21,029 bases of DNA from Candidatus Heimdallarchaeota archaeon (GTDB lineage: Archaea > Asgardarchaeota > Heimdallarchaeia > Heimdallarchaeales > Heimdallarchaeaceae). Of the stretch, positions 1 through 9,560 are shown one piece after another. Both the position numbers and the translations under genes were made by a program. The stretch is taken from the NCBI GenBank assembly GCA_016840095.1, contig JAEOSZ010000037.1, positions 1 through 21,029 of the forward strand, read 5' to 3'. Within the stretch, counting starts at the first letter, position 1. Every line of letters starts with the position of its first letter. Below the pieces are notes generated by a model. It did no database searches and had not been told where the DNA came from. It saw nothing but the letters and a program-made list of their open reading frames with translations.

Positions 1-364
1 ATTCACTCTTTTTGAAAACATGAGGAATCATGTGAAGTGCATTTCTAACAAACCGAATTGGCATACCAGTGCTAAGTGTTATTAGCTCTGCCCATTCGTC
101 AACCGAAGTAGAAACTCCATTGATCAACATGTCATCCATGAAGATTTTTCCTGCTTCAGCATAAATTTCTACTACATCATCAATAGGCATACTTTGCAGA
201 TGATGAAAACTCCCCTTATTGATAGGTAATGCCATTTGCACGTGAATTTCTGGTGCAATAGCCACATCCAATAAATTCTCCCCGTGGATGCCTTTGAGTG
301 TTTTCTTACTTTGAGAAAGATATTCTTCCCCATTCTTTAATAGAGGTAAAGTACTAATAGCCAT
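1..364 (-). CDS. Partial (N-terminal ~121 aa) aldehyde dehydrogenase / acyl-CoA reductase superfamily protein, runs off the window edge
   Basis: Manual translation from ATG at 364: MAISTLPLLKNGEEYLSQSKKTLKGIHGENLLDVAIAPEIHVQMALPINKGSFHHLQSMPIDDVVEIYAEAGKIF...LITLSTGMPIRFVRNAL..., open to base 1. The pattern resembles an ALDH-fold N-terminus. Not in the ORF track. Confidence 0.5.
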   Translation of the reverse strand, partial: MAISTLPLLKNGEEYLSQSKKTLKGIHGENLLDVAIAPEIHVQMALPINKGSFHHLQSMPIDDVVEIYAEAGKIFMDDMLINGVSTSVDEWAELITLSTGMPIRFVRNALHMIPHVFKKSE

Positions 365-621
365 GTCTTTAACCAACTTTGTCTTTCGTGCACTATTAGA
401 TGTACTTTCATATATAAAGGTGGTAAAATTACTTACACTATCAAAACTGTCTCTTCATTTGTAAATCCTTGTTCTTAGGGAGTTTTGGTCATTTCATATT
501 TGTTCATGTAAGGCGAGTTTATTTCTCATAAACTGTAAGTAGTTTGATGTATTTTCAGAAGATATTATGAAAAGGAAAAATTCGCAGATAAACTATTAAG
601 GATTGAATCTATGAAATCTGT

Positions 622-1302
622 ATGAATGAAGTTATTCTCTTGAACCTAGGATTTACAAATGTCTACCTACTAAAAGCTGATTCTGGATATATTCAGTTTG
701 ATACAGGTTGGAAATTCGATGTAAAGAAATACCTGAAACTTCTAGAAAAGAAAAAAATTGCCCTTGAAGAAATCAAATTGATAGTCGTAAATCACGCTCA
801 TTTTGATCATGTTGGAGCTTTAAAGAGTGTAAAAGAATTGACACAAGCCAAAGTTCTAGTTCATGAAGAAGATAGCGAATACTTAATCAAAGGGATCTCA
901 GCGGAAGTAAGACCTCTGAAACTTATCACTAAAATCTTTCTCAAATTCCTCCCTAAATCTTGGACATTTTATGAATCTGTTGAACCTGACATTGTAATTC
1001 AAGATGAATATTCTTTGTCTGACTATGGAGTTAATGGTAGAGTTATCCATACTCCTGGTCATACCCATGGAACTTTATCTATAATCACAGAAGATGGTGA
1101 TGCTATTATTGGTTGTTTAGCTCATGCATTTCCTCTTAGACTTAAGCCAGGATTCCCCAGAATAGCTTTAGATGAGGAAGGTGTTTGGAGAAGTTGGCAG
1201 AAAATAATTGATGAAGGAGCTAAAAGGATCTACATATCTCATGGAAGGTCTCCATCAATAGAATATATTAAAAAGAAATTAAAGAAAAAACAAAAAATCT
1301 GA
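622..1302 (+). CDS. Metallo-beta-lactamase fold hydrolase
   Basis: DTG, HAHFDH (HxHxDH), TPGHT and C-terminal SHG motifs. Cys occupies the usual GD aspartate position (IIGC). Confidence 0.9.
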   Translation: MNEVILLNLGFTNVYLLKADSGYIQFDTGWKFDVKKYLKLLEKKKIALEEIKLIVVNHAHFDHVGALKSVKELTQAKVLVHEEDSEYLIKGISAEVRPLKLITKIFLKFLPKSWTFYESVEPDIVIQDEYSLSDYGVNGRVIHTPGHTHGTLSIITEDGDAIIGCLAHAFPLRLKPGFPRIALDEEGVWRSWQKIIDEGAKRIYISHGRSPSIEYIKKKLKKKQKI

Positions 1303-1369
1303 AAGAGTATGAAGCAAAATGCTTTTTTGTTCTTTGAAGGAATTTAAAAAGCACTTTTTCTGATGTTTG

Positions 1370-2281
1370 ATGGATATTGATAACATGCCAATCAAAACCC
1401 CTTTAGAAATAGAATTAGAAATAGAGTCTATAGGTCAGAAGAAGTCTGAACTGAATTTCGCAGTGATGTTCGTTCTTGCCCTTTTAGCTGGTGTTTACGT
1501 TGGCTTTGGTGGTGCTTTAGCTACTTTAGTTTCTCATGATTTAGCTCCTTATGTTGGAGTTGGTTTTGCTAAGATTATCGCTGGAGCAGTTTTCTCGATT
1601 GGTCTCATTTTGGTAATTTTAGGTGGAGCAGAATTGTTTACTGGTAACAATTTACTTGTTATGCCCTTATTTAGTGGAAAAGTCAAACTTAAAAGAGTTG
1701 CAAGAAACTGGGGATTAGTTTATTTAGGAAATTTTGCAGGTTCTCTCCTTTTAGTTGGTTTAATTTACATTTCTGGTTATTGGAAATTAAATGGTAGTTT
1801 AGTTGGTGCTGCAGCTTTACAAACAGCTGTTTACAAAGTTAATTTATCTTTTCTTGAATCTTTTATTAGAGGGATCCTTGCCAATTGGTTAGTGTGTTTG
1901 GCAGTATGGTTATCCTTAGCTGCAAGAGACCTAATAGGCAAAGTAATTGGAATTGCTTTTCCAATAGCTGCTTTTGTGGCAATGGGTTTCGAACATAGTG
2001 TAGCCAATATGTATTTCATCCCTCTTGGATTATTATTAATGGGTAATAGTTCTGTTCTAGCTGCTGCAGGTGTTATTGACTTATCTAATCTAACTTGGGG
2101 CTCGTTTTTTGTGAATAATCTCATTCCTGTTACTCTTGGAAACATTGTTGGTGGAGTATTCTTTGTTGGTTTCCTTTACTGGTTCGCTTATAGAAGATAT
2201 TGTGAAAGATGCGATATGGAAGTTGATGAGGAAACGGGAGAAGTAACTTCAAGTTGTGATGATGGAGTAGACATAGATTAG
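1370..2281 (+). CDS. Formate/nitrite transporter (FNT family, FdhC/FocA/NirC-like)
   Basis: GAELFTGN, GNFAG, GILANWLVCLA, GFEHSVANM and VTLGNIVGG signatures, with multiple TM helices. ATG at 1370 (the ORF track uses TTG at 1367). Confidence 0.95.
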   Translation: MDIDNMPIKTPLEIELEIESIGQKKSELNFAVMFVLALLAGVYVGFGGALATLVSHDLAPYVGVGFAKIIAGAVFSIGLILVILGGAELFTGNNLLVMPLFSGKVKLKRVARNWGLVYLGNFAGSLLLVGLIYISGYWKLNGSLVGAAALQTAVYKVNLSFLESFIRGILANWLVCLAVWLSLAARDLIGKVIGIAFPIAAFVAMGFEHSVANMYFIPLGLLLMGNSSVLAAAGVIDLSNLTWGSFFVNNLIPVTLGNIVGGVFFVGFLYWFAYRRYCERCDMEVDEETGEVTSSCDDGVDID

Positions 2282-2868
2282 CTAAGTTTACTCTCGGCAA
2301 ATTTCTGCAGTTCTTGGTCAACTTGTTGGAATTCTTTCAAATTACCACTACTCAGTTCTTGATTGCTAATAGATGAACTTTTAACAAAATAACCGTGTTC
2401 AGATACACTTTCGTATTCCTTTTTCTCTAAACCTTTATATCTACAATCTTGATAAGAGTATTCAACAGTTCCACTATAAAACTCTGGTAGAACATCAAGG
2501 ATAGCATAAATCTTTCTTCCAAACTTTTCTATGTTCTTGAAAGCAATATCTATAGATTCAACCTTTTTTGATCCACTGGTCATTGTAGAAAAATTTTCAT
2601 CTGTATTAGTATAAACTTCTACATATTGTTCAAAAACAATTTTATCTCTTAAATAGGTCTTTTCGTTAAATTCATTTGTTAGGAATACTTCTTCTTTAGG
2701 AAGATAGATATCTATTTCTTGAGTTAGGAGGACATTTTTCACCAAAAAAGAATTGTTGAAGATGTACATATCGCCATTGATATGTTCTAAGCCAAATTCA
2801 GGAGTTCCAAAAATTTCTTGAATCTTTTCAGTCAGATCTTCTCTCCTGAAAATTCCACCGGATGACAC
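2278..2868 (-). CDS. Hypothetical protein (196 aa, acidic, soluble)
   Basis: Long ORF filling the gap between neighbours. GTG start; its stop overlaps the convergent FNT stop. No recognisable motif. Confidence 0.6.
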   Translation of the reverse strand: MSSGGIFRREDLTEKIQEIFGTPEFGLEHINGDMYIFNNSFLVKNVLLTQEIDIYLPKEEVFLTNEFNEKTYLRDKIVFEQYVEVYTNTDENFSTMTSGSKKVESIDIAFKNIEKFGRKIYAILDVLPEFYSGTVEYSYQDCRYKGLEKKEYESVSEHGYFVKSSSISNQELSSGNLKEFQQVDQELQKFAESKLS

Positions 2869-2979
2869 ACTTTATAGGAATTGTAAGGATTTAAAAGTCT
2901 TCATATGGTATTATAGAATCTTGACTTCTCATTTCAGTTAAAACAAGATTTAAGTAGCATCTTTGAGCTTATTTTATTA

Positions 2980-3372
2980 ATGGTATCTCGAGCTGAAAAA
3001 ACTATCTACATTCGAATTATTGCTTCTATATTACTTGTAGGATTTATAATTCTGATCGCTGTTCTAGATTTTGGTCAGCCAGATTGGTTAGCAATACCGT
3101 TTGCAGTTGTTTTTGTTATAATGGTTATTATTATCTGGGTTGCTTTTATCCGAATGTTGAAGAAAGAAAAGGCTGATTTCATTCCAACAGGTAAACATAG
3201 ACCTTTTGATGAAGATGCTCCTGATTACAAAGCTGTTGATCTTGATAAAGCAACTGCTTCCAAAGAAGCTATCTACTGTGAATACTGTGAAGCTAGAATG
3301 GAACCTTACGAAGAGATCTGTAGTAACTGTGGCAAGAAAAAAGATAGATATGCAGGAATGAAGCTTACTTGA
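2980..3372 (+). CDS. Membrane protein with two N-terminal TM helices and a C-terminal zinc ribbon
   Basis: Two hydrophobic segments followed by CEYC-x10-CSNCG. Confidence 0.8.
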   Translation: MVSRAEKTIYIRIIASILLVGFIILIAVLDFGQPDWLAIPFAVVFVIMVIIIWVAFIRMLKKEKADFIPTGKHRPFDEDAPDYKAVDLDKATASKEAIYCEYCEARMEPYEEICSNCGKKKDRYAGMKLT

Positions 3373-3382
3373 AGGTGGTTGA

Positions 3383-3868
3383 ATGGAACCTACACTAGCA
3401 ACTTGGCTAGAAGAAAGAAGAATTGAATATATCCTCCATACACATCAAGCTGTTTTTACTGCTGCAGAAGCAAAGATTCACTGTGGTCATATTCCTGGTT
3501 TGCATTGTAAGAATCTCTTTTTGAAAGAGAAAAATTCTGAAAACTATTTTCTAGTTACAATCCCTGCAGATCAACGCTTAGATATCAAATCATTAAGATC
3601 GATGCTTAATAGTGCTCATCTAGCTTTTGCAAACGAAGAGGATTTAGAAAGATATTTGGGTTTAACAAAAGGAGCTGTTTCTCCAATAGGTTTGATTAAT
3701 GATAAATCTAACAAAGTAATCTATGTTATTGATGAAGAAGTATGGAAGGCTGATAGAATTACTTTTCATCCAAATATTAACACAGAAACACTGGAATTAA
3801 CAAATAAGGATTTTCAATTTCTCATCAAAGAAGCTGGCAATGAAGTGATGATTCTAGATTTTAGCTAA
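3383..3868 (+). CDS. YbaK/ProX-family trans-editing aminoacyl-tRNA deacylase (ProXp-ala/PrdX-like)
   Basis: HCKNLFLK, LAFA, LGLTKGAVSPIG (GxxxP) and FHPNINT motifs. GGTGG SD-like site upstream. Confidence 0.9.
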   Translation: MEPTLATWLEERRIEYILHTHQAVFTAAEAKIHCGHIPGLHCKNLFLKEKNSENYFLVTIPADQRLDIKSLRSMLNSAHLAFANEEDLERYLGLTKGAVSPIGLINDKSNKVIYVIDEEVWKADRITFHPNINTETLELTNKDFQFLIKEAGNEVMILDFS

Positions 3869-4603
3869 CTAGATTTTCTGATATATTAGCTCATTTATTT
3901 GCTTTGTAATTTCTTCAATCAAAGCATTAGTTAATATCTTTCCTTTATCTTTTGTTGCAAGGGTAGGATCTCCCCATATTCCAGTAGGACTATAAACGCC
4001 TTCTCCCTTTGGATTTCTAGTCAATCCCTTTCTATTGGGTCTTGAATCATAATCCTTGACAGCTTTAGATAAGACTACAATTTCTGGGTACATGTAAAGC
4101 ATTATTGAAGTTTCACTCTCATCTGCATGAGTTCCCCCTTCTTGTTGTAACAAGTTAGGATCATGTTTCTTTTCAACCTCAAGTAGATTCAAATACTGAA
4201 GGATTACTCCTTCCTGTTCTAGTTTTTTGGCTGCAGATTTCAATGGTTTCAAAGTAGAAATTCCAGTGTTCAAAATATAGAATTTCTTGATCCCATAGCC
4301 TTTCATGGATAAGCAAATATCAATAATTACTTGTTCGAAAGTCTCTGCGTTTATAGATATTGAACCTGGATATTCAAGAAAAGATGGATAAAAACCATAT
4401 TGCAGAGTAGGAAGAATTATTACAGGAACTTTTTTGGCTACTTCTTTCTTCAGATATTCTGCCATTAGGTAATCATTATTTAGAGGGAGATGAGGTCCAT
4501 GTTCCTTGGTCCTAGCCCCAAGTGCAATTAGAACTACTTCATGATTATTCAAACTATCCTCAGCTTCTTGCCATGTTAGATATTCCAGTTCTACAGACTC
4601 CAT
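3869..4603 (-). CDS. Creatininase / creatinine amidohydrolase family protein
   Basis: LTWQE, EHGPHLP..ND, YPGSISI, HADESETS and TGIWGDPTLATKDKG motifs. Confidence 0.9.
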   Translation of the reverse strand: MESVELEYLTWQEAEDSLNNHEVVLIALGARTKEHGPHLPLNNDYLMAEYLKKEVAKKVPVIILPTLQYGFYPSFLEYPGSISINAETFEQVIIDICLSMKGYGIKKFYILNTGISTLKPLKSAAKKLEQEGVILQYLNLLEVEKKHDPNLLQQEGGTHADESETSIMLYMYPEIVVLSKAVKDYDSRPNRKGLTRNPKGEGVYSPTGIWGDPTLATKDKGKILTNALIEEITKQINELIYQKI

Positions 4604-4681
4604 AAGATAAGAAATGCTAACTTCTTAAAAATGCATCTTTCTTTTGTTAAATATTATAAGTGCTTGTTACAAATTATATTT

Positions 4682-6370
4682 ATGGTTTTTAAGAAAAGCA
4701 AGTTAAAACTAATTACATTTATTGCATTCTTTATGATTCTCATAGGTTTGTTACCTCAACTCAGTTCAGCTAGTAGCAAAGCCACTATAGTTCCAGTTGC
4801 TTATCCAAATCTTGTGAGAACTTGGAATGATCTAACTTTGCTCTATGACAATTATTTCCATAATTCTACTGAAGTATATGAAGAGATAGAACTAATACAT
4901 GACTCTGTTCCAGAGCTGGTTGATCTAGAAGTTATAGGACAAACATACTTAGGAAAAGATATTATCGCTTTACGAATAACGAATGAACAACGAGCTTATC
5001 AAAAAGCTAAAGCACTTGTTGTTGCTCAGCATCATGGTCGTGAACAAATAAGTACTGAAATTGCTTTACGATTCATCCATTATTTACTTAATAATTATCA
5101 AGAAAATTCTACTATAACAGAATTCGTAGATTTTCAAGAGATTTATGTTATTCCCGCCTTAAACTATGATTCTCTGGATCTTGTTGTTGATGATGGTAAT
5201 CACTGGTTACGAAAAAATTTACGTCCATGGGATGATGATGGTGATGGGTTATATGAAGAAGATAGAGCAGAAGATACAAATGGTGACGGGATAGTATCTG
5301 AGTTCAATGTTTTTGACAATTCTAATCCTGCTGATCCAGTTTATCTATACAGATACTTTGAAGGAATTGACAATGACCTAGATGGGTTAATCAATGAAGA
5401 TGATGTGGGTTATACTGATCTTAATCGTAACTATAATTCCTACTGGCGTCAAGGTTCTGGATGGAGTCCTGATACTATGTCTCAAGTTTATCCAGGGCAT
5501 GAACCTTTCTCAGAACCAGAAACTCAAGCATTTCGAGATTTTGCATTGAATCACAGTTTTGGAATGGCTTATTCTCTGCATTCTGGGATAAATGCTACAT
5601 TCTTCCCTGATAATGAAGATGGTTTTACTGAACCAGATTTATATTGGAACATGATTCAAGATTTTGCAGAAATTCTTCCACCTTCGTATACTGAAGTTTA
5701 TACAGGGTATGGGCAGGAAAATTATCCTTTTGGAGAATCACAAATTTTAGCTGGGAGCTGGGATACCTGGATGTATTTTGAGCAAGATTGTTTAGCCCCT
5801 ATTACCTTCGAACTTTACAGAAATTATTCCTCTGTTGCTCCTTTGGCTTACACTGTTTATGATACAAATTCTACTCATTTAATCCTCGAATGGAAACATA
5901 TCTATGATTACTTCAATCCTTATCCTCAATACATTAATGATCTTTGGAATAGAGTTAAGCCTGGTTTTGACTATCTTCTTGATAACACTCCTAGATTAGA
6001 CATTTTTGCAGAAGTAAATCGAGGTAAAAGTACTGCTGGAAGTACTGTATCTCTCGAGTTTGACATTACAAATCTTAGTAAACGAATTCCATCCATGGAT
6101 GAAATAACCATAGAAGCTTCTGAAGCTTTCTGGTTTGCTGATCCTTTTGAGTTGGATGGTAATTCTAATAGTCTAATCAATGAAGAAATCACTCTTCGAG
6201 AAGACTTAGTTAATAAGACTCTTAAAATCGTTATAGGTAACAACTATACTGGTTATTACCACTATATTCTTGAAGAAGCTTCTGGTGTTTCTGGTATGAC
6301 TTTTGTACCTATTCTAGCAAGTACTTTCTTACTCGGTACAATAGTATTGCTAAAACGAAGAAAGAGATAA
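4682..6370 (+). CDS. Secreted, C-terminally anchored M14-family zinc carboxypeptidase
   Basis: HGRE (HxxE), RKN, DLNRNY, FSEPETQA, LHS and FELY motifs. Signal peptide from ATG 4682 (the ORF track starts at 4631). DxDxDG-type repeats; C-terminal TM plus KRRKR. Confidence 0.9.
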   Translation: MVFKKSKLKLITFIAFFMILIGLLPQLSSASSKATIVPVAYPNLVRTWNDLTLLYDNYFHNSTEVYEEIELIHDSVPELVDLEVIGQTYLGKDIIALRITNEQRAYQKAKALVVAQHHGREQISTEIALRFIHYLLNNYQENSTITEFVDFQEIYVIPALNYDSLDLVVDDGNHWLRKNLRPWDDDGDGLYEEDRAEDTNGDGIVSEFNVFDNSNPADPVYLYRYFEGIDNDLDGLINEDDVGYTDLNRNYNSYWRQGSGWSPDTMSQVYPGHEPFSEPETQAFRDFALNHSFGMAYSLHSGINATFFPDNEDGFTEPDLYWNMIQDFAEILPPSYTEVYTGYGQENYPFGESQILAGSWDTWMYFEQDCLAPITFELYRNYSSVAPLAYTVYDTNSTHLILEWKHIYDYFNPYPQYINDLWNRVKPGFDYLLDNTPRLDIFAEVNRGKSTAGSTVSLEFDITNLSKRIPSMDEITIEASEAFWFADPFELDGNSNSLINEEITLREDLVNKTLKIVIGNNYTGYYHYILEEASGVSGMTFVPILASTFLLGTIVLLKRRKR

Positions 6371-6391
6371 TCTCTTTTCTATTTTTCCTAT

Positions 6392-7264
6392 TTAGTCAGC
6401 TTTTGTTATGTCTACAAGACCATAAGCTTCTCCTAATAATTCAGCAACTCGGGATATGAATCTAGCAATTGGAGCACCATCAACTAAATTATGATCTATC
6501 ATAAAAGTAACACTAAGTATATCTCTTGGTTGAAGTTTCCCATCAACTTCCCATCCTACCCTTTGTATTCCTCCTAGAGCAACATTACATGTTCTATCAG
6601 GGAATGGAACAGCATATCCAAAGATGTTCTTAGCAAACATGCCCAAAGAAGTAATCCCTACTGTTCCAATTAACTTCTGAATATAGAAAGGATTCTTGAT
6701 CATCTTTTTCATAAAGAATTGCCTGACTTTTCTAGGAACTAGCATTATTAATCCTGAGAAACTTCCTGAATCTCTTGTTAGCTGTTCTGTTTCTTCAATC
6801 TTCTTTGTTTGAACAGCACGTATCTCATCTGTTATTTCTTTTACACTTTTGGTTTCAACTTTCCTAATCACATGATTAAACGGAACATATTTTCCATCTT
6901 TGGTAGTTACTTCAACCATTATACTGATGTCAACATTCTCAAAAACTATTATTTTCTTCCCTTTCTTTCTGAAGGAGTTGAGTTTAGGATTTTCATTGAC
7001 AGCTTTGCTGATACATTTTGCCACCCAGGAAGTAAGAGATATGCTGTAGTTATCCTTTTCTTTGATTTCCTTGATTTTCTTTCTTCCATTTGTAATATCA
7101 ATTTCTACTAAACCCATCACTCTTGGAAATGTAGCTGCTACATCATTGAAATCAGCTAGGATTCTTCTAGCAACAGACATTTTTCTAGTTGTATGTTCTG
7201 CTTTCTTCTTTGCCATTTCAATTGTATTAACGAAAGGTCTCTCATAAAAATCTTGTGTATTCAA
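6392..7264 (-). CDS. Stand-alone 2-oxoacid dehydrogenase E2-type acyltransferase catalytic domain (no lipoyl domain)
   Basis: DHNLVDGA (DHxxxDG), GTVGITSLG and EIDIT motifs. Only ~290 aa. The start may be the downstream ATG (MAKKK). Confidence 0.85.
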   Translation of the reverse strand: MNTQDFYERPFVNTIEMAKKKAEHTTRKMSVARRILADFNDVAATFPRVMGLVEIDITNGRKKIKEIKEKDNYSISLTSWVAKCISKAVNENPKLNSFRKKGKKIIVFENVDISIMVEVTTKDGKYVPFNHVIRKVETKSVKEITDEIRAVQTKKIEETEQLTRDSGSFSGLIMLVPRKVRQFFMKKMIKNPFYIQKLIGTVGITSLGMFAKNIFGYAVPFPDRTCNVALGGIQRVGWEVDGKLQPRDILSVTFMIDHNLVDGAPIARFISRVAELLGEAYGLVDITKAD

Positions 7265-7272
7265 GATGAGGT

Positions 7273-8175
7273 TTAGTTAATATCAAAGAATTTTCTTGCA
7301 TTCTTTGCAACTTGTTCTGCAACGTCTTGTTGTTCCATTTCATAAACATATGATATTGCTGCTACTGCATATTTCACATTAGCTGGAGTGTTATAAGTTC
7401 CCATCTTAAATGGATGCTGCATACACGCGTCAGTTTCAGTCAATAATCTATCAAGAGGTACTCCTTTGATGTTTCTTCTCCATCTATTAAATCCATAAGC
7501 TGAAGAAGGTATAGAGATGTAATAACCCATGTTGGCTAGTTTTGGACCCCATTCAGAAGGACCTGAAAAACAATGCCACATGACTCTTTCTGGAGAAATT
7601 TCTTCTTCTTCTAGAATTCTTATTACTGTTTTGTTTAGGAAATCTCTTTGATTGAACTCGTGATTTGGATTTTGTTGATCAATGTCTCTTTGAGTAGCAT
7701 TCCTTACATGCAAAACATAAGGTTTGTTGAGATGCTTTGTTTCTTGGATTACTTTTTGAAAATATTCAATCTGTTGCTGTCGAACCTTGAGAGTCTTCCC
7801 ATGATGGAAATCTAAACCAAATTCCCCTATAGCAACGTAGGTTTCTGGATTGTTTTCTGCTATTTCTAAGAAGACCTTATAGTCTTTCTGTGCTTTATCT
7901 ATTGAATACCTGTTTGAAGGTATACCTGTCCCTAGAGACATATACATGTTTTCATGAGTTTGAAAAAAATCTTGTATGTAATCATAATCCCAGTCGCTTC
8001 CAGATGAGATAATAAATTGACCGTTATGTTTCTCAAAGAAGAATTCATATTGACTCTCAATTGAGTGAGTTGGTTTCCTATATGGCTCTTTATCTGGAAA
8101 ATGAGCATGGCTGTCTACCAGAGGAAATTCATTCTCTGGTTTGATAGGAATAACCTCATTTCTATTTCTGTTCAT
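7273..8175 (-). CDS. tatD: TatD-family metal-dependent hydrolase/nuclease
   Basis: DSHAH, AIGEFGLDF, LHVR, HCFSG and LLTETDA motifs. Confidence 0.9.
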   Translation of the reverse strand: MNRNRNEVIPIKPENEFPLVDSHAHFPDKEPYRKPTHSIESQYEFFFEKHNGQFIISSGSDWDYDYIQDFFQTHENMYMSLGTGIPSNRYSIDKAQKDYKVFLEIAENNPETYVAIGEFGLDFHHGKTLKVRQQQIEYFQKVIQETKHLNKPYVLHVRNATQRDIDQQNPNHEFNQRDFLNKTVIRILEEEEISPERVMWHCFSGPSEWGPKLANMGYYISIPSSAYGFNRWRRNIKGVPLDRLLTETDACMQHPFKMGTYNTPANVKYAVAAISYVYEMEQQDVAEQVAKNARKFFDIN

Positions 8176-8236
8176 GCGAGGAGAATTCTAAAGACATCTA
8201 TAAGTTTGATGGTCTTGAATGGAAACCTAGTATGAT

Positions 8237-9277
8237 TTAATACTTCACAGGGCTTTCTATAAGAGAAACTTTCTTCTTCTCACAGTTAATTTCTGCTTTG
8301 CACCCTAATGGCATAATAAACTGAGGATCTGTATGACCGAAATCCATGTTAGTTACAATTGGTAAATCTGAATACCCAAACTCCTTACTTAACACTGTTA
8401 GAATTTGTCGATCTAATTCTTCTTTTTCTGTTGTATTATAATCTCTAGCTCGTCCAAACATTATCCCTTGAACATTCTCCATTATTCCTTGAACACAGTA
8501 ATTTCTTAGCATATACTTAACTTGGTCAGGAGAAGGTTTCTCTTCAGATGTCTCAAAAAACAATATTTTACCCTTCCAAAAATCTTTTTCTGGCCAGTAA
8601 CTGGTTCCCTTCATGAATTCTAGAACCTCTATGCAACCTCCAAAAAGCTCTCCTTGTACTTTAGATGAACCTTGCAGCCATTTCCATTGCACATATTCTG
8701 TTTGTTTTTCACCAATTTTTCCCGTATTATCTTTTTGTCCCCAATCAGGATATCCATCTATGTACTCATTATAGGGTTGATATTCATTTGTTTCTCTTGT
8801 TCTTGTAAGTATATCCTTGAAATGTTCAATTGCTTTTGGAAAATTCCTCATTTGACTAAATCCTGCCATGATAGCAGGACCATTAAAAGTCACTAAACCT
8901 AGTTGATTAGCATAAGTTAATAGAATAGTTGTATCAGAATATCCCATGATTATCTTAGGGTTCGATTTGATAACTTCATCATCAATATATGGTAAAATTC
9001 GTATAGAATCATCTCCACCTATAGAAGTAATTATCGCAGACACTTCCTCATCTTGAAATGCTGCATTAACGTCTTTGGCTCTTAATTCTGGATTTTCATG
9101 AAGAAAATCTGGATGTGCTTTTGTATTAGGAAATTCCTTTATTTCAAAACCCAATTCCTTTAGAACAGATAACCCATTTTCGTATATGTGTGGAAAGAAT
9201 TCTGGTCCACCCCATGAAGGTGAAATGACTCCTATCATATCTCCTTCTTGAAGTCTTTTTGGTTTGAAGAAATTCAT
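8237..9277 (-). CDS. S66-family peptidase (LD-carboxypeptidase / MccF-like)
   Basis: IGGDDS, GYSDTT (Ser), GGCIE, FFETSEE (Glu) and DFGHTDPQ (His) motifs. Confidence 0.92.
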   Translation of the reverse strand: MNFFKPKRLQEGDMIGVISPSWGGPEFFPHIYENGLSVLKELGFEIKEFPNTKAHPDFLHENPELRAKDVNAAFQDEEVSAIITSIGGDDSIRILPYIDDEVIKSNPKIIMGYSDTTILLTYANQLGLVTFNGPAIMAGFSQMRNFPKAIEHFKDILTRTRETNEYQPYNEYIDGYPDWGQKDNTGKIGEKQTEYVQWKWLQGSSKVQGELFGGCIEVLEFMKGTSYWPEKDFWKGKILFFETSEEKPSPDQVKYMLRNYCVQGIMENVQGIMFGRARDYNTTEKEELDRQILTVLSKEFGYSDLPIVTNMDFGHTDPQFIMPLGCKAEINCEKKKVSLIESPVKY

Positions 9278-9314
9278 CTTGTTCTTTTGAACAATATATT
9301 TTCAAAATTAAAAC

Positions 9315-9461
9315 TCATCGGTTTCTTATCATCTTAACTAATCCACAGTTTGGGCACTGAAACTTAGTTTGCTTATGGAATCCACCCTTTCTTTTAACAT
9401 GTTTCATTCCTACTCTCTTCTTCTGTTTTTTTCGACAACTTGGGCATTCCATTGTGTTCAT
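9315..9461 (-). CDS. Small basic CPxC/CPxCG zinc-finger microprotein (48 aa, or 45 aa from the second Met)
   Basis: Manual translation: MNTMECPSCRKKQKKRVGMKHVKRKGGFHKQTKFQCPNCGLVKMIRNR*. Below the ORF-track cutoff. A TTTTAAAT box lies upstream on the minus strand (~9479-9486). Confidence 0.8.
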   Translation of the reverse strand: MNTMECPSCRKKQKKRVGMKHVKRKGGFHKQTKFQCPNCGLVKMIRNR

Positions 9462-9560
9462 CAGTCTATCTGTGCTGAATTTAAAACACTTTGGAACTGT
9501 GCAATAACAATCAACACATAAGCTTCTTATTCAACCTTGTTTTTAATATTGTAGATTCTC

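Noticed and set aside
5230-5405. gat-rich repeats within the M14 gene
   Set aside because: They encode DxDxDG-type Ca-binding loops known in this peptidase group and are not a DNA-level repeat element.
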